From an uncultured Pseudomonadota bacterium (GTDB lineage Bacteria > CALINM01): 64,000 nt of DNA. How positions within the stretch are numbered: position 1 is the first letter of the stretch; each line of letters opens with the position of its first letter. The notes under the pieces are model-generated. The model saw only the letters and a list, made by a program, of their open reading frames with translations. It was not told the DNA's origin and ran no database searches. The stretch covers positions 155,218-219,217 of the forward strand of contig CAZIMS010000001.1 of assembly GCA_964540515.1 (NCBI GenBank). The letters run 5' to 3'. Positions 1 through 11,131 of the stretch are shown here, in pieces. The translations under genes and the position numbers were made by a program.

Positions 1-345
1 CTTTGTTCAATATAGTCTGTAACTAAATCAGAAAGTTCATCGGCAAAAGGTAATCCTTCTATGGCCTCTTTTAAAGCCTTTTTTTCATCAACACTTACGT
101 ATTTCTTATTCATGTAGTTTAAATCGCCCGTTCTTGCCTCTAAAAAATCATGAAATAGAGAAATTAGTATAAGCCTCTCTCTATTTATATTGCCAATCTT
201 GTCTGCAAGAACATAGGCTATACAGACTGTTCTAAAGCTATGTTCTGCTACTGACTCATAGCCGCTACCAAGAAACTGAAAACCAGTTCTTGGCGTCCTT
301 TTTAACATCCCCACTTCAAAAAGAAAGTTTACAATATCAATCATT
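1..345 (-). CDS. HD-domain phosphohydrolase (YfbR-like), N-terminal part only; the gene runs off the window start
   Basis: Minus-strand reading from the ATG at ~344 gives MIDIVNFLFEVGMLKRTPRTGFQFLGSGYESVAEHSFRTVCIAYVLADKIG...LISLFHDFLEARTGD. This is the H...HD metal-binding signature of HD-superfamily hydrolases. The ORF is open to position 1. Confidence 0.6.
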
Positions 346-413
346 TTTTTCTAAACATTATAACACTTTTGTATTAAAATTAATAACAAAAATCAAGAAA
401 GGATTATCCCACC

Positions 414-2351
414 ATGCAAAGAGGAAACAGATTTCAAGATGCCCAACTAAAAGAAGAAACAAAAGATTATTTACAAAAGTTAGCCAAAAAATCGAGATTA
501 GACATATTGACTATGACCACCCTTGCCGGTTCTGGCCATCCTGGTGGGTCTATGTCATCACTTGAGATCTTTTTATCGCTTTATTATTTCCTAAACATAA
601 AACCAGAGAACATTAGTGATGAAAATAGAGACCGAATTATTATAAGCCACGGTCATACATCACCTGGAGTTTATGCAGTTTTAGGTAATCTTGGTTTTTT
701 TGATATAGAAGATGCAATAGCAGGTTTTCGTTTAGCGGGTAGTCCCTTTGAAGGGCACATAGAAAGACACATTCCTGGTATTGAATGGTCAACAGGTAAC
801 TTAGGACAGGGACTCTCGGCCGGTTGTGGTTTTGCTACGGAATCAAAGATAAAAAAGTTAGATAATCTTGTTTTTGTAGTCATGGGGGATGGGGAACAGC
901 AAAAGGGGCAACTATCAGAGGCAAGAAGATTTGCTAAAAAATACAATCTTAAGAATTTATACGCTATTGTTGATTACAATCGGTTACAGATATCAGGCTC
1001 AATAAATGATGTAATGCCTCAAAATATCAAAGAAAATTATATATCTGATGGATGGAAAGTTTTTGACTGTGACGGAAACAATATAGTTGAACTATATAAA
1101 ACGCTCCATATTATGTTACAAGAAGAAGGACCTGCTGTGCTAATCGCCCACACTGTGATGGGGAAAGGCATCTCCTTCATGGAAAACATTAAAGATTATC
1201 ATGGAAAGGCACTTACAAAAGATCAGTATGAAAAAGCTTTGTCAGAGCTTGGTTTTACCAATAAGCTCGATTACTATATAGAAAAGCGAAAAAACTTTAA
1301 TATATCAAGATGTCATTTTGAGACAAAAAATAAATACCCCATGCTCAAAGTCCCCACTGCAATAACCTATCCATCAGATAAGAAGATTGATAATCGATCT
1401 GCCTTTGGAGAGGCTCTTTTAGCAATTTCCAAGGAAAACATAAGAGATAATTACTTACCTGTAGCTATATTTGATTGTGACTTAGCCTCTTCTGTTAAGG
1501 TTGATGCCTTTGCTAAAATCTTTCCAGATAATTTCTTTCAAAGTGGCATCCAAGAACACAATACTGCTACAATATCAGGCAGTTTATCAACAACCGGCAT
1601 TCTATCAATCTTTACTGACTTTGGTGTTTTTGGAATAGACGAGGTATATAATCAGCAAAGACTAAACGATATAAACAATACTAATTTAAAAGTTGTCTGT
1701 ACCCACTTAGGAGTTGATGTGGGCGAAGACGGCAAAACTCATCAATGTATTGATTATATTGGTCTACTAAGAAATCTTTTCGGTTTTAAAGTTGTCCTTC
1801 CGTCAGATGCCAATCAAACCTATAAAGCTATACTATCTTGCTTTGCCGATAGCGGTAATTACTTTATAGGTATGGGCAGATCAGTAACACCAATAATTAC
1901 AAAAGAAGACGGAAGACCTTTTTTTGATGATAGCTATGAATTTACCTACGGCAAAGCAGATATAATAAGAGAAGGTAAAGATTTGGCTATATTGTCTTAT
2001 GGGGTAATGTTATATAGGGCTTTAAAAATAAGAGAGCTCTTGCAGGAACTTGAGATTAGTGCTATGATAATCAATATTTCTACTCCAAAGGAGTTGGACC
2101 TGTCAGCCATAAAAAAAGCATGTGAAACAGGCAGACTCGTAATATATGAAGATCATAATGTAAATACTGGTTTGGCTAACATAATAACCTCTTATCTTTT
2201 TGATAACAACATAAGTATCCCAACATTAAAATTGGGTGTAAATAATTATTGCTATTCAGGTACACCTGATGATGTTTTTAACTTAATTGGTCTCTCTCCT
2301 CAATCTGCTAAAGACAGTATTATTAATTTCTTTGGTTTTAATAAAAAATAA
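414..2351 (+). CDS. tkt: transketolase-family TPP enzyme (N- and C-terminal transketolase domains in one 645-aa chain)
   Basis: SGHPGGSMS (the transketolase GHPG TPP motif). GDGEQQKG (the GDG-x-N TPP-binding motif). The C-terminal half is a pyrimidine-binding/transketolase C domain. Confidence 0.75.
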   Translation: MQRGNRFQDAQLKEETKDYLQKLAKKSRLDILTMTTLAGSGHPGGSMSSLEIFLSLYYFLNIKPENISDENRDRIIISHGHTSPGVYAVLGNLGFFDIEDAIAGFRLAGSPFEGHIERHIPGIEWSTGNLGQGLSAGCGFATESKIKKLDNLVFVVMGDGEQQKGQLSEARRFAKKYNLKNLYAIVDYNRLQISGSINDVMPQNIKENYISDGWKVFDCDGNNIVELYKTLHIMLQEEGPAVLIAHTVMGKGISFMENIKDYHGKALTKDQYEKALSELGFTNKLDYYIEKRKNFNISRCHFETKNKYPMLKVPTAITYPSDKKIDNRSAFGEALLAISKENIRDNYLPVAIFDCDLASSVKVDAFAKIFPDNFFQSGIQEHNTATISGSLSTTGILSIFTDFGVFGIDEVYNQQRLNDINNTNLKVVCTHLGVDVGEDGKTHQCIDYIGLLRNLFGFKVVLPSDANQTYKAILSCFADSGNYFIGMGRSVTPIITKEDGRPFFDDSYEFTYGKADIIREGKDLAILSYGVMLYRALKIRELLQELEISAMIINISTPKELDLSAIKKACETGRLVIYEDHNVNTGLANIITSYLFDNNISIPTLKLGVNNYCYSGTPDDVFNLIGLSPQSAKDSIINFFGFNKK

Positions 2352-2361
2352 GGAGGGCTCT

Positions 2362-2592
2362 ATGGATTTAATCAAAGACGAAACTCTTGTAAAAAAACTC
2401 CTCGAAGAAAACGATGAGTTTAAAAGGCTTTATGTGGAACATTTAGAGCTTGAAGAAAAGATAGCAGAGATAGACAAAAAACATTTTCTTACAGCAGACG
2501 AAGAGGCAGAGAGAAAAAGGTTACAAAAGATAAAATTAGCAGGAAAAGATAGAATGTTTGAAATTATTAAACATTATCAGAGTAAAAATTAA
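2362..2592 (+). CDS. DUF465 (YdcH-like) small coiled-coil protein
   Basis: ATG at 2362 sits behind an AAGGAGGG Shine-Dalgarno. Product MDLIKDETLVKKLLEENDEFKRLYVEHLELEEKIAEIDKKHFLTADEEAERKRLQKIKLAGKDRMFEII matches the DUF465 pattern. The longer track ORF from 2287 overlaps the tkt 3' end and is an upstream artefact. Confidence 0.5.
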   Translation: MDLIKDETLVKKLLEENDEFKRLYVEHLELEEKIAEIDKKHFLTADEEAERKRLQKIKLAGKDRMFEIIKHYQSKN

Positions 2593-2614
2593 AATATAAA
2601 TAAAGAGGTATTAA

Positions 2615-4270
2615 ATGAAAAGTGATGATATAAAAAAGGGTATTGAGCGTGCCCCCCATAGAGCTTTACTCATGGCTTGTGGGCTACCACGCAATGAGAT
2701 GGATAAACCTTTTATCGGTATTGTAAGTAGCGCCACAGACCTCATTCCAGGTCACATAGGAATGCGTGATCTAGAGAGATTTATTGAAAAGGGCATACAC
2801 ACGGGAGGTGGTTATGCCTTCACTCTTACTGTACCAGGTATTTGTGATGGGATCGCCATGGGACATTCCGGAATGAGATATTCATTACCATCAAGGGAGT
2901 TAATAGCAGATATCATAGAATCTGTAGTCTCTGCCCATAAGTTGGATGGTCTAGTCTTTCTAACAAACTGCGACAAAATTACTCCTGGTATGATAATGGC
3001 TTCTTTAAGATTAAACATACCTGCTATCTTTGTTACTGCTGGGCCAATGCTTGCTGGACATTACAAAGGGGAAAGATTATCACTTGTAAGCGGAACCTTT
3101 GAGGCTGTAGGCAGGTATAAAAAGGGCGAGATTAATGATGAAGATTTGATTGGCTACGAATCTAATGCCTGCCCAGGTGCTGGCTCCTGTCAGGGTCTTT
3201 ATACTGCAAACACAATGGCTTGTTTGACTGAGACAATGGGGCTTTCTCTTCCTTATTGTGCTACAGCCTTAGCAGTATCAAGTAAAAAAAGACATATTGC
3301 CTTTGAAAGTGGCAAAAAGATTGTAGAACTTGTTAAAAACAATATTTGTCCTCGCGATATAGTTACAGAGAAAGCTATAAAAAATGCCGTTATGGTTGAC
3401 GTTGCACTTGGCGGCTCCACAAATACTGTTCTTCATTTAACGGCGATCTCAATAGAGGCAAAAAGACCTATTAAGATTGACCTCTTTGATGAGATTAGTA
3501 CAAAAACTCCACATATTGTTAGCATGATACCTGGGGGTAAGTACTATATGGAAGACCTTGATAGAGCAGGTGGTATTCCAGCTGTCCTTAAAAGGTTATC
3601 CAACAAACTCCTAAGTAATAAAACAGTCTCTGGTGAAGACATAAAAGATATAGCAAAAAAGGCCGAGATTTATGACGAAGATATAGTTAGACCTTTAAAT
3701 AAAGCCTATCATAGAGAAGGCGGATTAGCTATACTTAAAGGCAACTTGGCCCCCTTAGGCGCCGTTGTAAAACAATCTGCTATTTCAAAGGATATGTTAA
3801 AATTCAAAGGAAAGGCTCTTGTTTTTGAATGCGAAGAAGATGCGATGCAAGCAATTTTAACAGGAAAGGTTAAAAAGGGGCATGTAGTAGTTATAAGAAA
3901 CGAGGGACCAAAAGGAGGTCCTGGGATGAGAGAGATGTTATCTCCCACCGCTGCTCTAATAGGTATGGGGCTTGGTAGCTCGGCAGCATTAATTACGGAT
4001 GGTAGATTTTCTGGTGGTACTCAGGGTCCTTGTATTGGACATATATCACCAGAAGCAGTGGAGGGCGGTCTAATAGGGCTTCTTAAAGATAATGATGAGA
4101 TAATTATTGATATTCCAAACAAAAAATTAGAAGCACTTATTACTGAAAAAGAGATTGAAAAGAGGAAGAGAAGCTTTAAACCAGTTAGGAAAAAATTGTC
4201 TGGCTATTTAAAAAGATATAGCGAGTTTGTTACATCAGCCGCTTTTGGAGCGGTCTTAAGGGAGGATTAG
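2615..4270 (+). CDS. ilvD: dihydroxy-acid dehydratase
   Basis: 551 aa. Contains [17 protein letters not shown] (the Fe-S ligand region of IlvD/EDD family) and the C-terminal GRFSGGT...GHISPEA block. Confidence 0.9.
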   Translation: MKSDDIKKGIERAPHRALLMACGLPRNEMDKPFIGIVSSATDLIPGHIGMRDLERFIEKGIHTGGGYAFTLTVPGICDGIAMGHSGMRYSLPSRELIADIIESVVSAHKLDGLVFLTNCDKITPGMIMASLRLNIPAIFVTAGPMLAGHYKGERLSLVSGTFEAVGRYKKGEINDEDLIGYESNACPGAGSCQGLYTANTMACLTETMGLSLPYCATALAVSSKKRHIAFESGKKIVELVKNNICPRDIVTEKAIKNAVMVDVALGGSTNTVLHLTAISIEAKRPIKIDLFDEISTKTPHIVSMIPGGKYYMEDLDRAGGIPAVLKRLSNKLLSNKTVSGEDIKDIAKKAEIYDEDIVRPLNKAYHREGGLAILKGNLAPLGAVVKQSAISKDMLKFKGKALVFECEEDAMQAILTGKVKKGHVVVIRNEGPKGGPGMREMLSPTAALIGMGLGSSAALITDGRFSGGTQGPCIGHISPEAVEGGLIGLLKDNDEIIIDIPNKKLEALITEKEIEKRKRSFKPVRKKLSGYLKRYSEFVTSAAFGAVLRED

Positions 4271-6006
4271 TGAAGCTAACAGGTGCAGAGATTTTTGTTG
4301 AATCACTAAAAAAAGAAGGAGTATCACATATCTTTGGTTACCCTGGTGGTGTTGTACTTCCAATTTTTGATGCCCTATACAATCAAAAAGATATTAAGGT
4401 TATCCTACCCCGACATGAGCAGGGAGCCGTTCATATGGCCGATGGCTATGCAAGATCTACAGGAAAAGTAGGTGTTGCCCTTGCCACGTCAGGTCCTGGT
4501 GCTACTAATACTGTAACAGGGCTTGCGACAGCCTTTATGGACTCTATCCCTATAGTAGTATTTACTGGCCAAGTACCCACTCCAATGATAGGTGTTGATG
4601 CCTTTCAAGAAGCAGATATTGTTGGGATAACACGACCTTGCACAAAATACAACTATCTTGTAAAAAATGTTAGCGATTTAGCCTACACAATAAAAGAAGC
4701 CTTTTACATAGCTTTCAAAGGCAGACCTGGCCCTGTACTTGTTGATTTACCAAGGGATGTTATTGCCTCAAAGGCAGACTTTTTTTATCCACCAACCGTA
4801 TCTTTAAGAAGCTATAACCCAAACTATATTGGCAACAGATGGCAGATTAAAAAGGCTGCTGAAGCAATAAAAAAGGCAAAGCAGCCAATTATATATGCTG
4901 GTGGTGGATGTATTTTATCTAATGCCTCAAAGGAGCTAAGAGAGTTAGCAGAGCTTACAGATATACCTGTAACCTTAACACTCATGGGTTTAGGTGCCTT
5001 TCCAGGGGAGCACAACCTTTTTCTTGGCATGCTTGGTATGCATGGCACTTACACAGCCAATATGGCAATACACAACTCAGACTTAATAATAGCAATAGGT
5101 GCTCGCTTTGATGATAGAGTAACTGGTAGAGTAAAAGATTTCGCTCCTCATGCAAAAATAATTCATATAGATATAGACCCTACTTCCATTAGGAAAAGCG
5201 TCCATGTTGATATTCCAATAGTTGGAGATGTAAAGCTCGTCCTAGTAGACTTATTAAAAGAGTTAAAAGCAATAACTGAAACAAATGAAGTTATTGATGA
5301 GGCAAGAAAACAATGGAAAAAGCAGATAAATCAGTGGAAAAAAGACCATCCATTAAGTTATGAATACTCTGATGATGTTATAAAACCTCAGTTTGTCGTT
5401 GAAAAAATATATGAGCTAACAAAGGGAGAAGCAATTATCACTACTGAGGTAGGTCAAAATCAGATGTGGGCAGCTCAGTTTTATAAATTTAATAGCCCAA
5501 GACATTGGCTTAGCTCAGGTGGTCTCGGTACTATGGGTTATGGTTTTCCTGCTGCAATTGGTGCAAAGGTAGCAAACCCAGACAAACTTGTTATTACAAT
5601 AGCTGGTGATGGAAGTATCCAGATGAACATTCAAGAGTTAGCTACAGCTGTTGTTGAACAACTTGATGTTAAGGTAGCGATAATAAATAACTGCTGTTTA
5701 GGAATGGTAAGGCAGTGGCAAGAACTATTTTATGGTGAAAGATACTCATCATCTCTCCTTTGTGAAATACCTGATTTTGTTAAAGTTGCAGAAGCCTATG
5801 GTGCAGTTGGTTTAAGAGCAGTAAAACCATCAGAGGTAGAGCCTGTAATCAAAGAGGCCTTAAAGATTAAAAAACCAGTTTTTATGGATTTTAAGGTTGA
5901 TTTATACGAAAAGGTTTACCCAATGGTGCCTGCTGGGGCTGCCATAAACGAGATGATACTCCCAGAAAAAAAGGAGAAGAAAGAAAAGCTAAAAATTGTC
6001 AAATAA
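4270..6006 (+). CDS. ilvB: acetolactate synthase large (catalytic) subunit
   Basis: 578 aa. TPP/FAD enzyme with the GYPGG...[16 protein letters not shown]-terminus and the [15 protein letters not shown]...GDGS TPP-binding motif. Translationally coupled to ilvD. Confidence 0.9.
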   Translation: MKLTGAEIFVESLKKEGVSHIFGYPGGVVLPIFDALYNQKDIKVILPRHEQGAVHMADGYARSTGKVGVALATSGPGATNTVTGLATAFMDSIPIVVFTGQVPTPMIGVDAFQEADIVGITRPCTKYNYLVKNVSDLAYTIKEAFYIAFKGRPGPVLVDLPRDVIASKADFFYPPTVSLRSYNPNYIGNRWQIKKAAEAIKKAKQPIIYAGGGCILSNASKELRELAELTDIPVTLTLMGLGAFPGEHNLFLGMLGMHGTYTANMAIHNSDLIIAIGARFDDRVTGRVKDFAPHAKIIHIDIDPTSIRKSVHVDIPIVGDVKLVLVDLLKELKAITETNEVIDEARKQWKKQINQWKKDHPLSYEYSDDVIKPQFVVEKIYELTKGEAIITTEVGQNQMWAAQFYKFNSPRHWLSSGGLGTMGYGFPAAIGAKVANPDKLVITIAGDGSIQMNIQELATAVVEQLDVKVAIINNCCLGMVRQWQELFYGERYSSSLLCEIPDFVKVAEAYGAVGLRAVKPSEVEPVIKEALKIKKPVFMDFKVDLYEKVYPMVPAGAAINEMILPEKKEKKEKLKIVK

Positions 6007-6023
6007 AATTAGAAGGAGTTTTT

Positions 6024-6506
6024 ATGACCCATATACTTTCCTTATTGGTTGAGAATAAGTTCGGAGTTCTTTCCCGTGTAGCAGGACTTTTTAGCGGTAG
6101 GGGCTTTAATATAGAATCTATATCAATTGCTCCTACCTTAGACCCCTCTGTCTCACAGATGACCATAATAACTTCAGGAGATGATAGAGTTATAGAACAG
6201 ATAACAAAGCAGTTGAATAAAACAATAGACGTTATAAAAGTAAGTGACTTTAGTGATCAAGACTACATTTTAAGAGAGGTAGCATTAATTAAAGTCTCCG
6301 CACGTGGCGCAGATAGAGAAGAGGCTTTAAGGATTACAAATATATTTCGAGCAAAAATAATTGACTCATCTGCCACCACCTATACCATCGAAGTCACTGG
6401 TGACGAAAAAAAGATAGAAGCAATAGTTAATCTCCTTAGACCTTTAGGCATTAAGGAGCTTGTCAGGTCAGGTCCTATTGCAATCCTAAGAGAAGAAAAA
6501 AAGTAA
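6024..6506 (+). CDS. ilvN: acetolactate synthase small (regulatory) subunit, ACT domain
   Basis: 160 aa. HILSLLVENKFGVLSRVAGLFSGRGFNIESI ACT-domain signature typical of IlvH/IlvN. Sits immediately after ilvB. Confidence 0.85.
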   Translation: MTHILSLLVENKFGVLSRVAGLFSGRGFNIESISIAPTLDPSVSQMTIITSGDDRVIEQITKQLNKTIDVIKVSDFSDQDYILREVALIKVSARGADREEALRITNIFRAKIIDSSATTYTIEVTGDEKKIEAIVNLLRPLGIKELVRSGPIAILREEKK

Positions 6507-6522
6507 CTAGAACTAACAAATA

Positions 6523-6544
6523 AGAGGTATAATTTTATACCTCT
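6523..6544. terminator. bidirectional hairpin between convergent ilvN (+) and the acyl-CoA dehydrogenase (-)
   Basis: AGAGGTATA-attt-TATACCTCT, a perfect 9-bp stem with a 4-nt loop. The T-rich tract (TTATTTGTT) lies on the minus-strand side, so it fits best as the terminator of the minus-strand operon. Confidence 0.5.
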
Positions 6545-6562
6545 CTCTATCAATCAAAATTC

Positions 6563-7735
6563 TTAGGCACCAAAGGCATCTAAACCAGTTATATACCTTC
6601 CTATTATTAACTCATGTATATCATGTGTTCCTTCATAAGTGTAGACTGATTCTATGTTTAACATGTGCCTAATGGGTACATACTCATCGCTAATACCATT
6701 GGCACCGTGGATTTCCCTTGAAATTCTTGCACAATCTCTAGCAACCTTCACATTATTCATCTTAGCCATAGAAACCATGGCAAAGTTATAGGAACCTTTA
6801 TCTTTCTCTCTACCAACCTGTAGTGCAAGAAGCTCTCCTTTTACAATTTCTGTAAGCATACCAACAAGCTTATGCTGTACAAGCTGAAAACTACCAATGG
6901 GCTTATTAAACTGGATCCTTTCTTTTGAATAATTAAGCGCCGCATCATAGCAGGCCTTTGCAGCACCAATGGCCCCCCAAGATATACCGTATCTTGCCTC
7001 AGTAAGACAGCTTAAAGGAGATTTTAGGCCTCCTGCCAAGGGTAGAATATTATGCGCTGGTATCCTACAATCATTGAATATAAGCTCAGAGGTTACAGAG
7101 GCCCTTAAAGAAAACTTCCCATGCATCTCAGGTGCTTCAAACCCTGCTGTTCCTTTCTCTACTATAAAGCCTCTAATTGTTCCATCTTCTGTCTTTGCCC
7201 ATACAATCGCTAAATCAGCAATCGTTCCGTTTGTAATCCACATCTTTGCTCCGTTTAAAATATAACTATTACCATCTTTTATCGCCTTTGTTTTCATACT
7301 ACCAGGGTCCGATCCTGCATCAGGCTCTGTGAGCCCAAAGCAGCCTATAAGCTCACCCTTTGCCATTTTTGGCAGATATTTATTTTTTTGCTCTTCCGAG
7401 CCGTATTTCCAGATTGGAAACATACAGAGACTACCCTGGACAGAACAAAAACTTCTTATAGCACTATCACCTCTTTCCAACTCTTCCATAGCAAGGCCAT
7501 ACTCTACATTTGTGCCACCAGGACATCCATATCCTTCTAAATGCATACCCAAAAGACCCATATCACCAAAAGCAGATACAAGCTCTTTTGGGAAGGTGCA
7601 GTTTCTGTGATGTTCTGCTATTATAGGAATTATCTCTTCCTCAACAAATTTTCTTACTGTCTCTCTTAACATTTTTTCTTCTTTAGTCAAGAGATTGTCA
7701 AAATTCACAAAATCAACGCCTTTGTATTTTGCCAT
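6563..7735 (-). CDS. acyl-CoA dehydrogenase, glutaryl-CoA dehydrogenase-like
   Basis: 390 aa. Acyl-CoA dehydrogenase fold with the N-terminal helical, middle beta and C-terminal helical domains (YEGTHDIHELIIGR C-terminal motif). Size and context, downstream of a benzoyl-CoA lower pathway, fit GcdH. Confidence 0.7.
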   Translation of the reverse strand: MAKYKGVDFVNFDNLLTKEEKMLRETVRKFVEEEIIPIIAEHHRNCTFPKELVSAFGDMGLLGMHLEGYGCPGGTNVEYGLAMEELERGDSAIRSFCSVQGSLCMFPIWKYGSEEQKNKYLPKMAKGELIGCFGLTEPDAGSDPGSMKTKAIKDGNSYILNGAKMWITNGTIADLAIVWAKTEDGTIRGFIVEKGTAGFEAPEMHGKFSLRASVTSELIFNDCRIPAHNILPLAGGLKSPLSCLTEARYGISWGAIGAAKACYDAALNYSKERIQFNKPIGSFQLVQHKLVGMLTEIVKGELLALQVGREKDKGSYNFAMVSMAKMNNVKVARDCARISREIHGANGISDEYVPIRHMLNIESVYTYEGTHDIHELIIGRYITGLDAFGA

Positions 7736-7780
7736 AGGCTCTCCTCCCTTTATTAGGCTGAAATACCTTTTTTCTTATAA

Positions 7781-8494
7781 TTAGCCACCTAAATATGCCT
7801 TTTTTATCTTTTCATCATGAAGAAGATCTGAAGACTTCCCCCAATCTACAATCTCACCAACTTCTAAAACAAAACTGTAATGAGAAAGCTTTAAAGCAGC
7901 CCTCGCGTTTTGTTCTACCATGATAATACTCATTCCTTCCTCATTTAGATATTTTATTACTTTAAAAATCTCTCTAACAACCAAAGGTGCTAATCCCATA
8001 GAGGGTTCATCAAGTAAGAGTAAAGAAGGATCAGTCATAAGCGCCCTTCCTATAGCAAGCATCTGTTGTTGACCACCACTCATAGTGCCAGATATCTGCT
8101 TTTTTCTCTCCTTTAGAATAGGAAAAAGCTCATAAACTCTGTCTAATTTTTTATTAAGCTCCGATTTAGTAATCTTACTATAGTAGTTATAACTTCCTAA
8201 AAGGAGATTATCTTTAACTGTAAGATGTGTAAATAGCATCCTTCCTTCTGGTACAAGGCTAATACCAATCTTTACAATATCCTGAGTGCTTAATTTATCT
8301 ATCCTCTTGTTAAGAAAATAGATCTCTCCAGATTTGATAGGGACAAGATTCATAATGGCTTTGAGCAAAGTTGATTTCCCTGCTCCGTTTGCCCCTATGA
8401 TACTAACTATATGTTTCTCTTTAAGGTTTATATTTAAGTCTTTTACTGCGTGAATACCTCCGTAAAAGACATTAATATTTCTTACATCAAGCAT
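7781..8494 (-). CDS. livF: ABC transporter ATP-binding protein, LivF type
   Basis: Walker A GANGAGKST. ABC signature MSGGQQQMLAIGRAL. Walker B LLLDEPS. Confidence 0.85.
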   Translation of the reverse strand: MLDVRNINVFYGGIHAVKDLNINLKEKHIVSIIGANGAGKSTLLKAIMNLVPIKSGEIYFLNKRIDKLSTQDIVKIGISLVPEGRMLFTHLTVKDNLLLGSYNYYSKITKSELNKKLDRVYELFPILKERKKQISGTMSGGQQQMLAIGRALMTDPSLLLLDEPSMGLAPLVVREIFKVIKYLNEEGMSIIMVEQNARAALKLSHYSFVLEVGEIVDWGKSSDLLHDEKIKKAYLGG

Positions 8495-9267
8495 TAAAAA
8501 AGGTCCTCCTCCTCACCAAGATAGGCATCAATGACACTCTTATTACTCTTAATTTCAGTGGGTGTTCCTTCTGCCAGTTTCTCACCAAAATTTAAAACCA
8601 CTATATTATCTGATATATCCATTACAAGTGCCATATCATGTTCTACAAGTAGAACTGTAAGATTTTTTTCATCTCTCAACCTTTTAATAAAACCTGAAAG
8701 CTCTTTTGTCTCGGCATCATTAAGACCAGATGCAGGCTCATCAAACATAATAAGCCTTGGTTCCGTTGCTAATGCCCTTGCGATCTCTAAGATTCTTTGG
8801 GAGCCTATAGGAAGCTCACTGGCAAGATAATCCTTTTTATCGTACAAACCAACATATTCCAATATTTCTTCACTTGTTTTTCTTATATCCTTTTCTTCTT
8901 TAATCATAAAGGGAAGTCTTAGACCGCAGCTTAAAAAGCCTGATTTCGTCCTTACATACCTACCTACCATAACATTCTCAAGAACAGTCATGTGCCCATA
9001 TAGCTCCACATTCTGAAAGGTCCTTGAGATACCAAGCCTTGCAATCTTAAGTGAACCAAAATTGGTGATATCTTTTTGATTAAATTCAACCTTGCCTCTA
9101 TCTGGTTTATAGACACCGCTAACAACATTAAATAGTGTTGTTTTGCCAGCACCGTTGGGACCAATTACAGCCTTTATTTCTTGATTTTCCACATTAAAGC
9201 TTACATCCATCAGCGCAGTTATACCACCAAAGGTCTTCCATAGCCCTTCTATTTTAAGCATTTGCAA
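8494..9267 (-). CDS. livG: ABC transporter ATP-binding protein, LivG type
   Basis: Walker A GPNGAGKTT. LPIGSQRILEIARAL signature. C-terminal BCA_ABC_TP_C-like tail. Confidence 0.85.
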   Translation of the reverse strand: MQMLKIEGLWKTFGGITALMDVSFNVENQEIKAVIGPNGAGKTTLFNVVSGVYKPDRGKVEFNQKDITNFGSLKIARLGISRTFQNVELYGHMTVLENVMVGRYVRTKSGFLSCGLRLPFMIKEEKDIRKTSEEILEYVGLYDKKDYLASELPIGSQRILEIARALATEPRLIMFDEPASGLNDAETKELSGFIKRLRDEKNLTVLLVEHDMALVMDISDNIVVLNFGEKLAEGTPTEIKSNKSVIDAYLGEEEDLF

Positions 9268-10192
9268 TCCCTTTCTTTTTCAATTTCAGAATCAAGGTTG
9301 GTACGATACCCTTCCTAATGAAAAGTAAAGATAGTGTTAATATCAAACCATAAATTAAAACATCTAACTCTTCAAACTTTCTCAAAGCTTCAGGGAGTAT
9401 AGTAATGATAATAGCTCCTACGACAGCTCCAAAAAGATTTGATGCCCCACCAATAACTACCATTGTAAGTATTAATACGGAGTGGAATAATGAAAAAGTT
9501 GAAGGACTGATAAAAGTAATATAGTGGGCATAAAAACTCCCAGCGATTGATGCATAAATGGCACTTAATACAAAAATTTTTATTTTTAATGCCGATACAT
9601 CAATCCCCATAGCACTGCTACCTATCTCAGTGTCGTGAATAGCCCTCATTGCTCGACCAATTCTTGAATTGATTATGTTATAAGAAAAAATTATAAGTAC
9701 AAAAACAATAAACCAGATTAAATAAAAATGACCTATCTGACCTGTTAATTTATAGCCCATAAAGGAGACTTTAGGAATGTCACCAAAGCCAGAAGGACCT
9801 CCAGGTCCTAACTCATTAAGAATGATATAAATAATCTCACCAAAACCTAAAGTAGCTACCGCAAGGTAATGTCCTTTTAGTTTTAAAGCTGGAATGGCAA
9901 GCAAAACTGCCGCAAAAGCTGCAACCAGAGCTGCCAAAAAAGCTGAAAAAACGATAGGCATACCAAATTTCATAGCAATTATTGCAGAAACATAGGCACC
10001 AATACCATAAAAACCTGCCTGTCCTAAGGACACCTGACCTGCATAGCCCATTAATAGAGATAGTCCCATGGCAAGTAGTGCGTTAATACCAGCAAAAATT
10101 GCGATAGAAAGTGTATAGTTATCCCTTACGAATGCTGGGAAAATTATAATCAATGTAATAAATATAAGGTAGTTTATATGTCTTCTCATCAA
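9254..10192 (-). CDS. livM: ABC transporter permease, LivM type
   Basis: 312 aa polytopic membrane protein of the HAAT-family permease type. Overlaps its neighbours by 4-14 nt (translational coupling). Confidence 0.75.
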   Translation of the reverse strand: MMRRHINYLIFITLIIIFPAFVRDNYTLSIAIFAGINALLAMGLSLLMGYAGQVSLGQAGFYGIGAYVSAIIAMKFGMPIVFSAFLAALVAAFAAVLLAIPALKLKGHYLAVATLGFGEIIYIILNELGPGGPSGFGDIPKVSFMGYKLTGQIGHFYLIWFIVFVLIIFSYNIINSRIGRAMRAIHDTEIGSSAMGIDVSALKIKIFVLSAIYASIAGSFYAHYITFISPSTFSLFHSVLILTMVVIGGASNLFGAVVGAIIITILPEALRKFEELDVLIYGLILTLSLLFIRKGIVPTLILKLKKKGIANA

Positions 10193-11076
10193 AACTTCCT
10201 TACTGATAAGGTTGACTTACTACCAAAAATCCCTGCAGGTTTAAAGAATAATATGCCAAGAAGTATTAAAAGTGCTACAGCATCTTTAAAACCAGAATGA
10301 ATATACCCTGCAGTTAGAGATTCAAGAATACCTATTATAAAACCACCTACAACTGCTCCAATACCATTTCCAAGTCCGCCCATAATGGCAGCACAAAAGC
10401 CTTTCACTGCTAAGGCCGGACCTTTGTCATACTCCATAAGAGATATAGGTGTTATCGCAATGCCACCTATGGCACCTAAAATGGCACTCAGCACAAAAGA
10501 AAACATAATCATCCTACTTACATTTATCCCCACAAGCTTTGCAGCTGTTGGATTTACTGCACAGGCGCTCATTGCCTTCCCAATCATAGTTTTATTAAAA
10601 AATAAAAATATAAGGGCAATACAAGAAAGAGTAATACCCAAAACCCATAAAACCTGTTGTTGTATAACAGCTCCATACAACACAATTGGCTCCCCTTCAG
10701 TAAAAGGTGGATAATTATAAGGGTCCTTCCCAAATTTAAACATTAACAGTCCTCTAAAGACTATAGAAACAGCTACTGTAATCATTATCATAAGTAACAA
10801 ATCTGCGTTTTTAAGTGGCTTAATTGTTAATCTTTCCATAACTAAACCGATAAGCCCTACGATAAGCAAAGTCAGAATTAATGATAAAACAAAGGGTATC
10901 TGGAGGGATTGAGAGAAAAACCACATAATGAGGCCACCCATTACTACAAACTCGCCCTGGGCTAAATTAATAATTGAAGTGGCGTTATAAATTATGTTAA
11001 ATCCTAAACCTACAAGGGCATATATGGCACCAACAGTAATACCCGAAAGAAGAAATTGTAAAAGCATGGTAAGCAT
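10189..11076 (-). CDS. livH: ABC transporter permease, LivH type
   Basis: 295 aa. HAAT-family permease with N-terminal LLQFLLSGITVGAIYALVGLGF. Confidence 0.75.
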   Translation of the reverse strand: MLTMLLQFLLSGITVGAIYALVGLGFNIIYNATSIINLAQGEFVVMGGLIMWFFSQSLQIPFVLSLILTLLIVGLIGLVMERLTIKPLKNADLLLMIMITVAVSIVFRGLLMFKFGKDPYNYPPFTEGEPIVLYGAVIQQQVLWVLGITLSCIALIFLFFNKTMIGKAMSACAVNPTAAKLVGINVSRMIMFSFVLSAILGAIGGIAITPISLMEYDKGPALAVKGFCAAIMGGLGNGIGAVVGGFIIGILESLTAGYIHSGFKDAVALLILLGILFFKPAGIFGSKSTLSVRKF

Positions 11077-11131
11077 AAGTACCTCTTGATTATAATATTT
11101 TAAAGGGGCTGTATATACAGCCCCTTTAAAA

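Noticed and set aside
290-565. 91-aa plus-strand ORF spanning the HD-hydrolase start and the tkt start
   Set aside because: It overlaps two well-supported genes. It has a Lys/Arg-rich low-complexity product, no RBS, and lies in the wrong frame of tkt.
2287-2361. Upstream extension of the DUF465 ORF starting inside tkt
   Set aside because: An ATG with a strong GGAGG Shine-Dalgarno sits at 2362 right after the tkt stop. The 25 extra codons overlap the tkt 3' end and look like frame read-through.
8531-8830. 99-aa antisense ORF inside livG (also 10385-10714, 11931-12206, 33981-34349 and 34548-34826 in neighbouring genes)
   Set aside because: All lie opposite strongly supported transporter genes, have no start context, and have biased composition.
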